DNA of 64,000 bases from Dendrobates tinctorius. Taxonomy: Eukaryota. Location: positions 116,250,001 through 116,314,000 of the forward strand of contig NW_027361690.1 in assembly GCF_039654945.1 (NCBI RefSeq), written 5' to 3'. Within the stretch, counting starts at the first letter, position 1. Each line of letters starts with the position of its first letter. Position numbers and translations under genes: made by a program. Of the stretch, positions 11,588-22,106 are shown one piece after another. The notes beneath the pieces are model-generated. The model was not told the origin of the DNA and did not search any database. It was given only the letters and a program-made list of their open reading frames with translations.

Positions 11588-12828
11588 TGTGGCGCCCCTG
11601 AGGGTCCAGTCACCACAGAGGTACTGCACCTCCTCCTGAGGTGTGGTACCCCACGATTCAGGTAAGGTGGAGACTCCTGATCCCACACAACACAGTAGTG
11701 TAGCAAAGCACCCTTTGGTGGATCCCTGCTTGGAACACGAAGCATGCTGGGAGGCGGGTGGAGTTTAGTTAGCATCAAAAGAGCGGGAAGAGTTGAGGAT
11801 TTAGTCAGTCAGTCGGGGAGTCTGACAGGATCAGTCTGTGAGAGAAGATCCCCTGAGTGGGATGGATGAAGGATGTGCTGCAGCCGACCTCAGTGACCTA
11901 GGTCCACTGGCACAGGAAAGGAAGATTGATAGAAAGCCTGACTCTCCATAAGAAAGAAGGATTTGTACAGCACGTGAGGAGAGGAGGACTAAGGATTAGG
12001 GTTAGAGGAGAACCCTTCCCAAGTTCACAGCGCAAGGCTGGGGTCCGGTCCCCGAGGATATATGGATACTAATGGTCCTGCAGAAGACACCGGAGGAATA
12101 GAAGTCGTTACCACTTTATTCCCACACAAGACTTGGGGCACAACAGCAACGTGAGTGAGCCGGGACTTGGTAGTAAGGAGTCCCCGAAGCAGGCTACAGC
12201 TGTCTGCCGTACAAGTGGAGTTCATAGGAACATCTGTAAAGAGGAACTCCAGGGTACGACGGTACTGGAGATTTTCACACCTTAAGGCGCAATAGAGGAG
12301 TCATTCAGGAAAGGTACATGTTGGCGGAGTGTTGGAGAGGAGCTTTCCATCTTGCCTGGAGGTTGACTGAGTCCCTGACCCGGAGGACACGGCACAGAAG
12401 CGGGCACTACAGACTGCGAGTAAAGCTTTGGAACTACATGCCCTGCTGTCCTCCATTCCTTCCTGTGTCCGTCCGCCTGGCACTGCTACATCCCCTGCGC
12501 CAAACACTACACCATCTAAGTGTCTCCACATCTACACTGCCCTGGGACTACAGCTCTGCCTGAGGAGGGCTACACCATCATTGCTGCACCACACCATCTG
12601 TCCCAGAGGATCTGTTTGCAGCGTCGGCTTAACATCTTTATTGCCGAATACCACAGGTGGCGTCACGAAACATTCATTAATAAACATTATTCCATCACTC
12701 AACATTTCCCCTTTTTACAATGGACGCCCAGGGCCACGGACCGGGTCACTGCCACTGTGACAACCCCCATTGAAATCCACCGGGCCCGGCTCCGAGTACC
12801 CCGCTGCCCTGGGTGCGAGGGCGATCCA
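11588..12828 (+). repeat. 3' LTR (~1241 bp)
   Basis: Preceded by PPT-like aacggggggta; ends gcgatcca followed by TSD. Confidence 0.92.
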
Positions 12829-13194
12829 CTTGGAGGAGTTCTAGGCCGAGCCCAGGATTGTGAATACTATAAAAAAGAAAAAAAAATGATTATGTGCTTG
12901 GATGGAGAAATATGTATTGTGTGTGCTGTGATGAATGTTTGTGTTGGGTGTAGTGTGATGTATGTGAGGATCTGTCTCTGCGAAACTTACACTTACTACG
13001 CGCCCACTCCTGGCATTTTTCCACCCCATTCATCTCCTTCTGGAAGCCCCTCTGTTTCAGCTTCCTGTGAAAACAGAATAAATGCATTTAGGGTTACAAA
13101 AACTGTTACCATTCCAAAAAAAATAAATAATTAAATTTTAATTACCTCAGTTCGCCAACGCTGTGAAGAGGGGCTCCAAGAAGAAGACATTGTC

Positions 13195-13595
13195 ACTTGA
13201 GGTCTGGCTGGGTCACTTGCGGCATGGCTGGGTCACTTAGGGCCTGGCTGGGTCCCTCGAAGAATCTGCAAGTATAAAGACACTTGTTAGCTACTATACA
13301 AATGATAAATTAAGCTTTCTGGCCTTCATACTTACATCACTACTTTAACTTGGTGCCTGGCTGGGTCACTTGATGTCTGGCTGGGTCACTTGAGGCCTTG
13401 CTGGATCCCTCGAAGAATCTTCAAGTATAAAAACACTTGTTAGCTACTATACAAATGATCAATTAAGCTTTCTAGCTTTTATACTTACATCACTACTTTA
13501 ACTTGGGGCCTGGCTGGGTCACTTGAGGCCTGGCTGGTTCACTTGGGGCCTGGCTGGGTCACTTGGGGCCTGGCTGAGTCACTTGGGGCCTGGCA
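13195..13595. repeat. 20-bp repeats (ggcctggctgggtcacttgg) and a ~150-bp duplication inside Harbinger #1
   Basis: Visible reiteration. Confidence 0.8.
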
Positions 13596-14339
13596 AAAAA
13601 AGTTATGTTCAGATATATTTGGATTTCAAACACCTCCCTCAAAAAAAATTAAACCTATGGCACCACAAAACAAAAAAAAGCTAAGCACTTGAGTGGTTTT
13701 CTAACCCCCTCTTTAATTTAACGGTTAACATCATTGAATCTTGATATGTGCGATGCGCAACCTAGCAAACCCTCCACCTCCTGTTCCCCCCCAAAAAAAA
13801 CCATACCTTGCAAAGACCTACCCTCCTTCCAACTTTATATTCCTTAACCCCCACTTGAAAATCTATTGGTCATAGATTCAATGTTTTAAAAACCCAGATA
13901 AAAATTGAAATAACCAATTTCTGCAGTCCCCATTTGTATACACCTTTTGTTAAAAAAATAGAACCTCAAACACCTCTGTATTGCATGTAGTGCTTTCCTG
14001 TGTGGCATACCCAGAATTTCCACGTAACCTTAGTTTTAAATGATACTATGGACAGTTTTTGGAGACAGTTTTTATTACTTTTTTTTTTACTTTTGTTGGC
14101 AAGTAGGAGCTACACTGCTCTTTATTTTAAATACAAGTACAATAAATGAAAAGAAACAAAAAACACATGGCTGGACACACGCCACACACTCATACACACA
14201 CCACACACTCACACACACGCACCGCAGCACTTTGTTGGAAATACAAGTACAGTATGAAAAAAAACAAAAATGCAGGACACACACTCACACACACGCTGCA
14301 CTCACACATGACTCACGCTGGCTGGAAGGACTCTCTTGC

Positions 14340-14497
14340 AGGCTGGGGTGACAGGCAGACTCTCTGGCTGGCAGGCAAACTCGCTGGCTGGCTGGCAGAC
14401 TTTCTTCTCTTGCTGGTAGGCAGACTCTCTTCTCTTGCTGGTAGGCAGACTCTCTTCTCTTGCTGGCAGGCAGACTCTCTTCTCTTGCTGGCAGGCT
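14340..14497. repeat. ~25-bp tandem repeat (tgctggcaggcagactctcttctct)
   Basis: Visible reiteration. Confidence 0.8.
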
Positions 14498-14865
14498 GGT
14501 GCATTGAGGAATGAAGCCCACCTGGAAGATTTATATAGTTTTGAGGCTGTCTAGAAAATTAGCAACAATTTGGAGCATGCTCAGTTCAAAAAAACAGATT
14601 CCGTCGCTGGATTCCGTCATTTGACAGATTGCGACGGATACATCGCCCATAGGCTTCCATTCTAGCTAACAACGGACTGCGACGGATCGTCGCCATCCGT
14701 CTTTTCAACGCAGACAAAAACATTACAAAGTCCGTCTACTCCAGACGGCGGACGCTGAAATTCCAACAGATCTGCAAATGACGGATGAAACGGACGGCCA
14801 TCCATCGAAATCCGCCTATGCAAGTCTATGAGACGACAAAAGACTGAAGTGTGAAAGAGGCCTTA

Positions 14866-15530
14866 CAAGCGAACCTCTGGAATGGCTCAACCTCCTGTGA
14901 GAGAGTGGGGATCCTCTTGTTTCGAACCTCTAGTCCTTCTTAGAAGCCTTCTGCAAGGTCTTTGATGAGCCTGGCCTTGTTTCCTCTGCAGCCGCATCTT
15001 CTCTTCTCAGACTGCACCAGGGAAACTTCACAGTGGGCCGGTATGCTGTCCGATTTCATACCCTATCCTCCAAACTTGTCTGGAATAATGAGGCGATGGT
15101 GGTAGTCTTCTCAGAGGGTCTTTCCAGGTGAGAATCAAGGACAACCTGGCCAGCTGTGATATGAGCACCTTGTTTAGCGACCTGGATCGACATTAGGATC
15201 AGGAGCGTTCCAAGGAGGTATCCCATGACAGAAAACCTGTGCGCTTGGCTCCTATATTTCAAAGTCCGATCATGCAGCGAACCTCTGCTTCTGCACCCTC
15301 CTCAGAATCCATGCAAATCGATCAGGTGAAGAAGGCTAAGCATTGTCAGAGGGAAGGTGCTTCTATTGCAGTAGTCCTGAACATTAAATCCTCTCCTGCC
15401 CTGGAAAGCCGGGAAACTCCAGAGCCTAGGGTCTGTTGGAGAGGCTACACTAGGCAAGGATCACCCTTCTCCGTTTTCTTTGGCAACATAAGTTTTGTTT
15501 AATCTGCATACCTAGACTTTGCTTCCACAG
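14866..15530 (+). pseudogene. Ty3/Gypsy gag remnant with zinc knuckle
   Basis: LEAFCKVFDEPG..LLRLHQG..VGRYAVRFHTLSSKLVWNNEA..FSEGLS and CFYCSSPEH*ILSCP (CCHC). Confidence 0.75.
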
Positions 15531-15538
15531 GAAATCAT

Positions 15539-15935
15539 GCAACAGTGTGAGCCACATAGTGTGGTAGCCCTTCTGAGGGAGAATAGTACGCCGGACATAG
15601 CAACCACCATAAAATTTGTCCCAAATAGGGGAAGTTGCCCTGTCACTAGTGAGCGCTTACCAAGGGAGATATGCACGGCCACCCAGAGAGAGGATAAAAA
15701 GCCCCCGACGCACGTTTCGCGTCCACCCTGTTCGCTTTCTCAAGGGAGTGGACGCGAAACGCGCGTCAGGAGCTTTTTATCCTCTCTTTGGGTGCCCGTG
15801 CATATCTCCCTTGGTAAGCGCTCACTAGTGACAGGGCAACTTCCCCCATTTGGGACAAATTTTATGGTGGTTGCTCTGTCCGGCGTACTATTCTCCCTCA
15901 GAAGGGCTACCACACTATGTGGCTCACACTGTTGC
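15539..15935. repeat. Long inverted repeat (~188-bp arms, 21-nt spacer), Penelope-like inverted pLTR pair
   Basis: 15539-15726 is the near-perfect reverse complement of 15748-15935; hammerhead motif at the centre. Confidence 0.88.
15702..15748 (-). ncRNA. Minimal type I hammerhead ribozyme motif, U3:A8 core variant
   Basis: Minus strand CUCCC-UUGAGAA-A-GCG(11 nt)CGC-GAAA-CGUGCG-UC/GGGGG. Confidence 0.6.
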
Positions 15936-16075
15936 TAATCCTAAGGGTATGGGTGTTTATGCATGGGTTACTTACCCCTACTTATTGTGTGTCCTATATT
16001 TTTGCTATGATGCTTTTTGTATTCTATCTATACCAATTGTGACTTAATAAAATTATATATTTTTTATAACATTAG

Positions 16076-16698
16076 TGTTATGCCGCTGCCGCGTCCCTCC
16101 CGCTTGCTGCCGCGGTCCCCACCGGCTCCTACACCACTGCTGCAGCCGTCCCGGTCACTGTCGGCTTCCACGCCGCGGTCTCGGCTGCCTCGGTCCTCAC
16201 TGCGGCTCCCCACCCTCCGGCACACTTACCCAGCACACTCTCCTGCCCTGTCTCCTGTGCTCCGACAGGCGCGCGCCCCTGCTGGCTTCCTGCTCCTCGA
16301 CGGGCGCACGCTCAAACTGTGGTCAGCCTGCCTATATCTTATCCGTCATCTCCGCTGTTCTCTCTCCTAGGATCTGGAAGTCCGGAGTTCTGTTCCATCC
16401 TGTTCTGGCCTCCCAGCTGTGTCCTCCAGTCCGTGCCTGGTCCCTGCCGTCTTGCCCGTGTTCCTGTGCTGTCCGCCATCCGTGTTCCTGTCCTAGGGAG
16501 ACTCTCCGCCAGCCTCTCCGGCCTCCTGTCGTGTCTCCTGTGTCCTTCCCTGGGTACCATCTGCCGTGGTGATAGTTACCCGCGGGTCTGCCCCTAACAC
16601 TCCCTGTATAGGGGTGGTCCACCTGGTCAGCTCGCCCGTGGAAGGTTCGTTGCCACGGTCCAGCGGGTCCACTCCAGGAGTACTTCCAAAGTCTCACA
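16076..16698. mobile_element. Solo LTR (623 bp)
   Basis: TG...CA ends, 5-bp TSD ATTAG (16071-75, 16699-703), GC-rich against AT-rich flanks. Confidence 0.88.
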
Positions 16699-18031
16699 AT
16701 TAGAATCTGTTACTACTTTTGTTCTCCTTTGTATACTATGTATATGGAGTGGAATATATACTAATATGGCGGTACATCCTGATTTATGTCCGCCATGTTT
16801 CCCTACTAAGGTATTTGGCACTTTGTCTGTTCTAACTTCCCCTGGTTACAAAGTAGAATATTTCTGTAGGTTTGTTTCCGACACACATTTATATTAAAGT
16901 TAAAGCACGACCAGTAAAGAATAAAAAGAATGAATATTCACCTCATCCCTGACCTGTCCGGATGCTCGGCGTCTGGTCGTCTTCTTTCCGCTTAGCGTAC
17001 CACATCACCAGCCTCTTCACCATAGGTTAGGAGTTCCGGCCGCGTCCAGGCTTCATAGGTCCACGTGTGTCATAAGATCGCGGCACATGTCTTGACGTCA
17101 CAACCTTATAATACACAGTAACCTCTGAGGCCAGGACATGGTCAGAAGTTCTGGCTGCGTGTAGTAAAGGGGCTAGAGAAGAGGACCGGACGGTGGACAG
17201 CAAACAGTGGGAAGGCCGCTAAGGTGAATGGTTTTTTTTTTACCACCTTTTCGGTTTCCTCACTGCCTGCCATCCAGTCCTTTTTTAACGTCATCACAAC
17301 CCGCATCTCTGGCCTCTACACTATAGTCCAGGACTTCTGGCAGTGTCCAGGGCTAGGAGGTCGCTGCAAGTCACAAGTCTTACAACATGCAGTGACCGCC
17401 GAGTTCTGGAATGGAAGCCCTGGCCTATAGTGAAGAGGCCAGAGTTGCGGCACACAACAGCGGAAAGACTGGATAGCGGTCTGTGAGTGGCTGGAGAGGT
17501 GAGTGATTAAGAATTATTTTCTTTTTTTTTACTATCTCACAGTAGGAGACATTCATAAATCTGATGTTCATAAGTTGGGGACCCACTGTACAGTGCTTAC
17601 AAGAAAAGCAACAAAAAGAGAAAATAAGTTGGGATCCCTGGATAAAGTGGTTGGGTAGAGAAATAGGTCACTAACTTAGTTCGGGGGTGCCGCGGTGGTC
17701 GAGATCCAAGGAGGATGACCTCTCCCTTTGGGATGCTGGAAGTTAACATTTCAACACAACTTTTTCTCGAATTATAAATCCAGTCCTATACATTTTCATG
17801 GAGTTACTTAATAAACTACAAAATCGTTGCCGCTACAGGTTTAAAGTTACACCTGTCACTTGTTACATTCTTTTTAGGTTTTTTCATTTTTTACTGTTTT
17901 GTATTCTTTATTATTTTTCTCATTTTCTTATTTTGGTTAAATTAGCCCACATAATTAGCTAGGTTTTTTACATGGCACCTTGCTATCCGTAATATGCTGA
18001 AATTTGAGCCTGCGAGCTTTCTTTAATGTAT

Positions 18032-18180
18032 AATCCATAGAAGAAAAGAAGGACCGCACTCACCGGGCTTGTGAAGAAAAACTTGCTGCTTTATTGGCAC
18101 ATGTAAGACATGTTGGCCGGGGGAGTGAGAGCAGGAGTGGACAGGGTGCTGACAACGGCCGTTTCGCGCTGAGGTAGCGC
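18032..18180 (-). mobile_element. 5'-truncated Penelope-like fragment with the 3' half of a hammerhead
   Basis: 13-bp TSD ttctttaatgtat (18019-31, 18181-93); minus strand GCGCU-ACCUC-AGCGC-GAAA-CGGCCG-UU. Confidence 0.65.
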
Positions 18181-18239
18181 TTCTTTAATGTATGTTTAAA
18201 ATTTACAAATAAAGAATTAAAAAAAAAAAGAGAAAATAA

Positions 18240-18608
18240 GGCCGCTTTCACACTTCAGGCTTTCGGTATCCGGCATGGTTCGGCGAAACCCGGACTACCG
18301 GATCCGGCCGCAACCGCAGACACCGGATCCTTCTTTCTGCTGGATATATTCCTGGCAGAGAAGGTTTCAGGGCATGCGCAGTGCGAAAAACCGGTCCGGC
18401 ATTGGGAAAAAAACGTTGCATGCAACGTTTTTTCCAGACGCCGGACCGGCTATTTTCTCCGGATCCGGAAAAAAACGGCGCAATGCGGCATCAATGAAAG
18501 AGCACGGGGAAAAAGCCGGATCTGGTCGTAACAGGCCCCGGATCCGGTAGTCCGGTTTTTCGCCGCACCATGCCAAATACTGAAAGCCTGAAGTGTGAAA
18601 ACGCGGCC
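18240..18608. mobile_element. Harbinger MITE with TIR related to Harbinger #1
   Basis: TAA TSD both sides; TIR GGCCGCTTTCACACTTCAGGCTTTC. Confidence 0.88.
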
Positions 18609-18650
18609 TAAGATAACATACAAATGTGCAAGGAATATGGAAAATATTAA

Positions 18651-18868
18651 GGCCGGGGTCACTCTTGCGAGTGCAATGCGAGAAACTCACGTTAGTCTCT
18701 CGTATCAATACCCGGCACTGCCGCCGGCGGTTTGGACCGGAGCGTTCAGCGGCATAGAAAGACATGCAGCCGAACACTCCGGTCCTGAGTGCCAGCGGTA
18801 GTGCCGGGTATTGATGCGAGAGACTAACGTGAGTTTCTCGCATTGCACTCACAAGAGTGACCCCGGCC
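18651..18868. mobile_element. Harbinger MITE, near-palindromic
   Basis: TAA TSD; GGCCGGGGTCACTCTTG...CAAGAGTGACCCCGGCC. Confidence 0.9.
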
Positions 18869-19892
18869 TAAACGTTTAAGGCTATAGTCACTCTTCTTTT
18901 CCTTGAGGGTAGAAGAACAATGTGGCGCCCGGACCCCCCCAGAATGTGAACTTCTTCCAATTGGTCAGTCTTGCTATATCCCCGGTCCTGGGTGGGCTCA
19001 GGTTTCCAGGATGGCCTATCATTTTAATATGAAAATCACAGGTCTGTATCTGGGCGGTGAGCTATCAAGGGGCAATGCCATTGGATATTGGCGGATTTTC
19101 ATCCTTCCCTCCATACTATAGGGAATATCCAGTTTAGAAGGCACAGATCCATCTGCCTGAAGCTTCGACCAGCCAGGCCTAGATATCAGCATGACAATCT
19201 CAGCTCCAGCCACGTGGCAAAACCAGGGGAACAAGCGCCACGTTTTTATGGTCCTTTGCATAGATGAACCACGTGAATGTCAGCCGTCTCCTAAAATGAC
19301 ACATTTCTCCATCTATGCATCATATACACTGATCTGCAGGATCTCTGCCATAGGGGTATGTTCACACACAGAGCATTTACAGGAGGATCCGCGACAGAAA
19401 TCTGAGGGTCTGATAAGCGGCCGTGCTGGCAGATATTTAGGAATAGTTTCCTTGACATTTACTGGAGACTGCGCTTCCTCCTCTCAGAGAGATCCATGCA
19501 GAAAACGGTACGTGACGACAAATATAAGAACGCTTTCAACTAAGCAAATTCTGTGGGGGAACTATATTCTTGTATGTGTTTCCGCCATGTCAATTTTTGT
19601 TAATTATAAGCAAATTCTGTGCAGTAAACATGGAAATCCCACCGAAAACAACCGCACACGGATTTCTGCACTGACAACTGCTCACAGTCTGAGTAAAAAA
19701 AAAAAAACACAGTGTGAACATGGTCTAATATGCGGCAAATGTGCAGTAAATGATGCAGGTTGGCAGCAAATGTTTTATCATGGATCTACAGCAGATTGTC
19801 CACAGCAAATCCGCAGTGTGTGACTGAGGCACAAGATAATGCACACATACAGGCAGGAAGGAACAGCCTGGAGAGGAGGGAGCTCCTCCCAG

Positions 19893-19908
19893 TCACTAGA
19901 TGGCGCTG
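19893..19908 (+). promoter_or_regulatory. CTCF-like motif upstream of SNRNP27
   Basis: TCACTAGATGGCGCTG closely matches the CTCF core CCACTAGRKGGCRC. Confidence 0.5.
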
Positions 19909-20145
19909 CTCTCCCTGCACTCACCTCCCCGCCCAGTGCAGTGCATCGCCCTCCCTCACTGTGATTTGCTGCGCAGTTTCTCTGTATCACGGTGATGTCT
20001 CGCCAGCGACCCCTGCAGGATCATGTCCATAACGCATTAATCTTACTGGAACGTTTGTGTTGTGGACTCGTTGCTGTGGGGGCGGTTATGAGTGAGCGCA
20101 GTATCCGGGAATTTCCGGGCTGTGTTTCTCCGGTGTAGTGAGGAG

Positions 20146-20185
20146 ATGGGTCGCAGCCGCAGCAGGTCCCCGGAGCGGCGGAGAG
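20146..20185 (+). CDS. SNRNP27: SNRNP27 (U4/U6.U5 tri-snRNP 27K) coding exon 1
   Basis: ATG..MGRSRSRSPERRR, donor G|GTGAG, CpG-rich context. Confidence 0.92.
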
Positions 20186-20405
20186 GTGAGAGCTGTGGCA
20201 TCCGTGTCTAGGTCACACACAGACGGGCACTGACTGTAATGCCGGCCACAGTGGCCACTGCATTATTAATGGCGGTTATCAGGAGCTGGTCATAAGGCAA
20301 TAGGTTGAGTAGCCGTACTCCAGCATCTCCTGTGGCCGAACTTTTGGGCAGCGTCTTTGCTTGTGGGCTCCGTTGCCTTTGGTGTCGCTGGTGGGCAGCG
20401 CTGTT

Positions 20406-20964
20406 GCCTGTGGCCGCCCAGGTGGGTAGTGCTGTAGGCCATGCTGGTGGACATCGCCTGTGGCCGCCCTGGTGGGTAGTGCTGTGGCCCTTGCTGGTGG
20501 ACATTGCCTGTGGCCGCCCTGGTGGGTAGTGCTGTGGCCCTTGCTGGTGGACATCGCCTGTGGCCGCCCTTGTGGGTAGTGCTGTAGGCCATGCTGGTGG
20601 ACATCGCCTGTGGCCGCCCTGGTGGGTAGTGCTGTAGGCCATGCTGGTGGACATTGCCTGTGGCCGCCCTGGTGGGTAGTGCTGTAGGCCATGCTGGTGG
20701 ACATTGCCTGTGGCCGCCCTGGTGGGTAGTGCTGTAGGCCATGCTGGTGGACATTGCCTGTGGCCGCCCTGGTGGGTAGTGCTGTAGGCCATGCTGGTGG
20801 ACATTGCCTGTGGCCGCCCTGGTGGGTAGTGCTGTAGGCCATGCTGGTGGACATCGCCTGTGGCCGCCCTGGTGGGTAGTGCTGTAGGCCATGCTGGTGG
20901 ACATCGCCTGTGGCCGCCCTGGTGGGTAGTGCTGTAGGCCATGCTGGTGGACATCGCCTGTGGC
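20406..20964. repeat. 50-bp GC-rich minisatellite (~11 copies) in SNRNP27 intron 1
   Basis: Unit gcctgtggccgccctggtgggtagtgctgtaggccatgctggtggacatc. Confidence 0.95.
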
Positions 20965-21991
20965 TGCGCTAGCAAAAAAGTTACATAAATTAAAGAGTAG
21001 CTTATATTTATCCCCTAAACAGCACCAAAAATACTATTTCTCCTGCATAAAGCACAACTTCATACAGCCCTTTTTTTTGCAGTGTGTAAATCCACTTTAC
21101 AGCCTTTTTTTCTTGCGCATTTAGCGCCATCAGCCACTTGGATGTACAAGGGGGACTCCAGCAAGCCTGACTCACCTGAATGAAGCTGCACTGCAGCGGC
21201 TCGGACCCCAGCCATCATTAAATGATGTCCTGTTCTATCAATATGTCAGTCACTGCTGAGATGAGAACACCCCTCTGGGGATTGATGTTTCACAAGTTCA
21301 TTATAAAGTGAACCTGTCAGTGGAGTCAGGCTGCTGTAATGATGGGCTGCAGGAATCTGGACACACTTTCTCATTTCAAATATATGTGTTACTGTGTCAG
21401 AGAATACGGGAACAAAAGAAATATTACTGTTCCTGCAGTCCTCCTCACCCCCCTCACAAAAAAATGTATATATAATCCACAAATGGCATCAATAAAAACA
21501 TGAGCTCAACGCACAAAAATAAGTCCTCATGCGTTTCCAAAATAAAACACTATGCAAGTATCGCCGCAGTCGTCATAGCGACCCAGAAAATCATGTTGCC
21601 TGATAAGAGGCACAATGAATGACATAAAAGCAAAACCCAAAAAATGATGGTGGAATTTTTTTTTTTTTTTTGCATTTCACAACACTCGCAGTCATTTTTA
21701 CACAATTTTTCACTACATTATTAACATAAGTGCTGAGATTCCAAACTACAACTCGCCCCATAAAAAAACGAGCCCTCACACTGCTTTATGGGTGGAAAAA
21801 TAAAGTTATGGCACTTGGAAGAAGGGAGGAAAAATAAAGGGCAAAATTTAAGTCGCCCTATCCTTAAGGGGTTAAAAAATTTAGTGTTATATAGATGTCC
21901 TGTCTTGCCTTTTTTTTTTTTTTTTTTTTTTTAAAAATCAAATTGTTAAATATAATTTTTTTTTTTTTTGTCGTTTTTTTTTCTCCTAAAG

Positions 21992-22106
21992 AGCGCAGAC
22001 GTTCAAGATCCACTTCTAGAGAACGTGAAAGGAGGAGACGAGAGCGCTCAAGGTCCCGTGAGAGACGGAGGAGCCGGTCACGCTCCCCACATAGGCGCCG
22101 CTCCAG
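21992..22106 (+). CDS. SNRNP27: SNRNP27 coding exon 2 (RS domain)
   Basis: [39 protein letters not shown]; AG/GT; phases consistent. Confidence 0.95.

Larger units (their letters stand above)
8838..12828 (+). mobile_element. Non-autonomous LTR retrotransposon (Ty3/Gypsy-like), two LTRs, no recognisable gag/pol
   Basis: TG...CA LTRs 8838-9947 and 11588-12828; 4-bp TSD CTTG (8834-37, 12829-32); PBS and PPT present. Confidence 0.93.
7800..13270 (-). pseudogene. Harbinger Myb/SANT-like (MADF) DNA-binding partner gene, multi-exon, disrupted
   Basis: LDIDRLINEVREWEPLWNM..HW and RWWSFRDRFKRE..YKYARALSFL exons at ~8250-8700; in-frame stop; LTR element in an exon; outer limits approximate. Confidence 0.75.
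5964..14862. mobile_element. PIF/Harbinger DNA transposon #1, full length, two convergent genes, LTR element inserted
   Basis: TIR GGCCTCTTTCACACTTCAGTCTTTTG at 5964 and its reverse complement ending 14862; transposase and MADF genes inside; flanks tat/tta (imperfect TSD). Confidence 0.92.

Noticed and set aside
19191-19823. 210-aa ORF upstream of SNRNP27
   Set aside because: Runs through MITE-like sequence and has no domain or splice support
20208-20975. Long repetitive ORFs (191-255 aa) on the minus strand
   Set aside because: Artefacts of the stop-poor 50-bp minisatellite read in all frames
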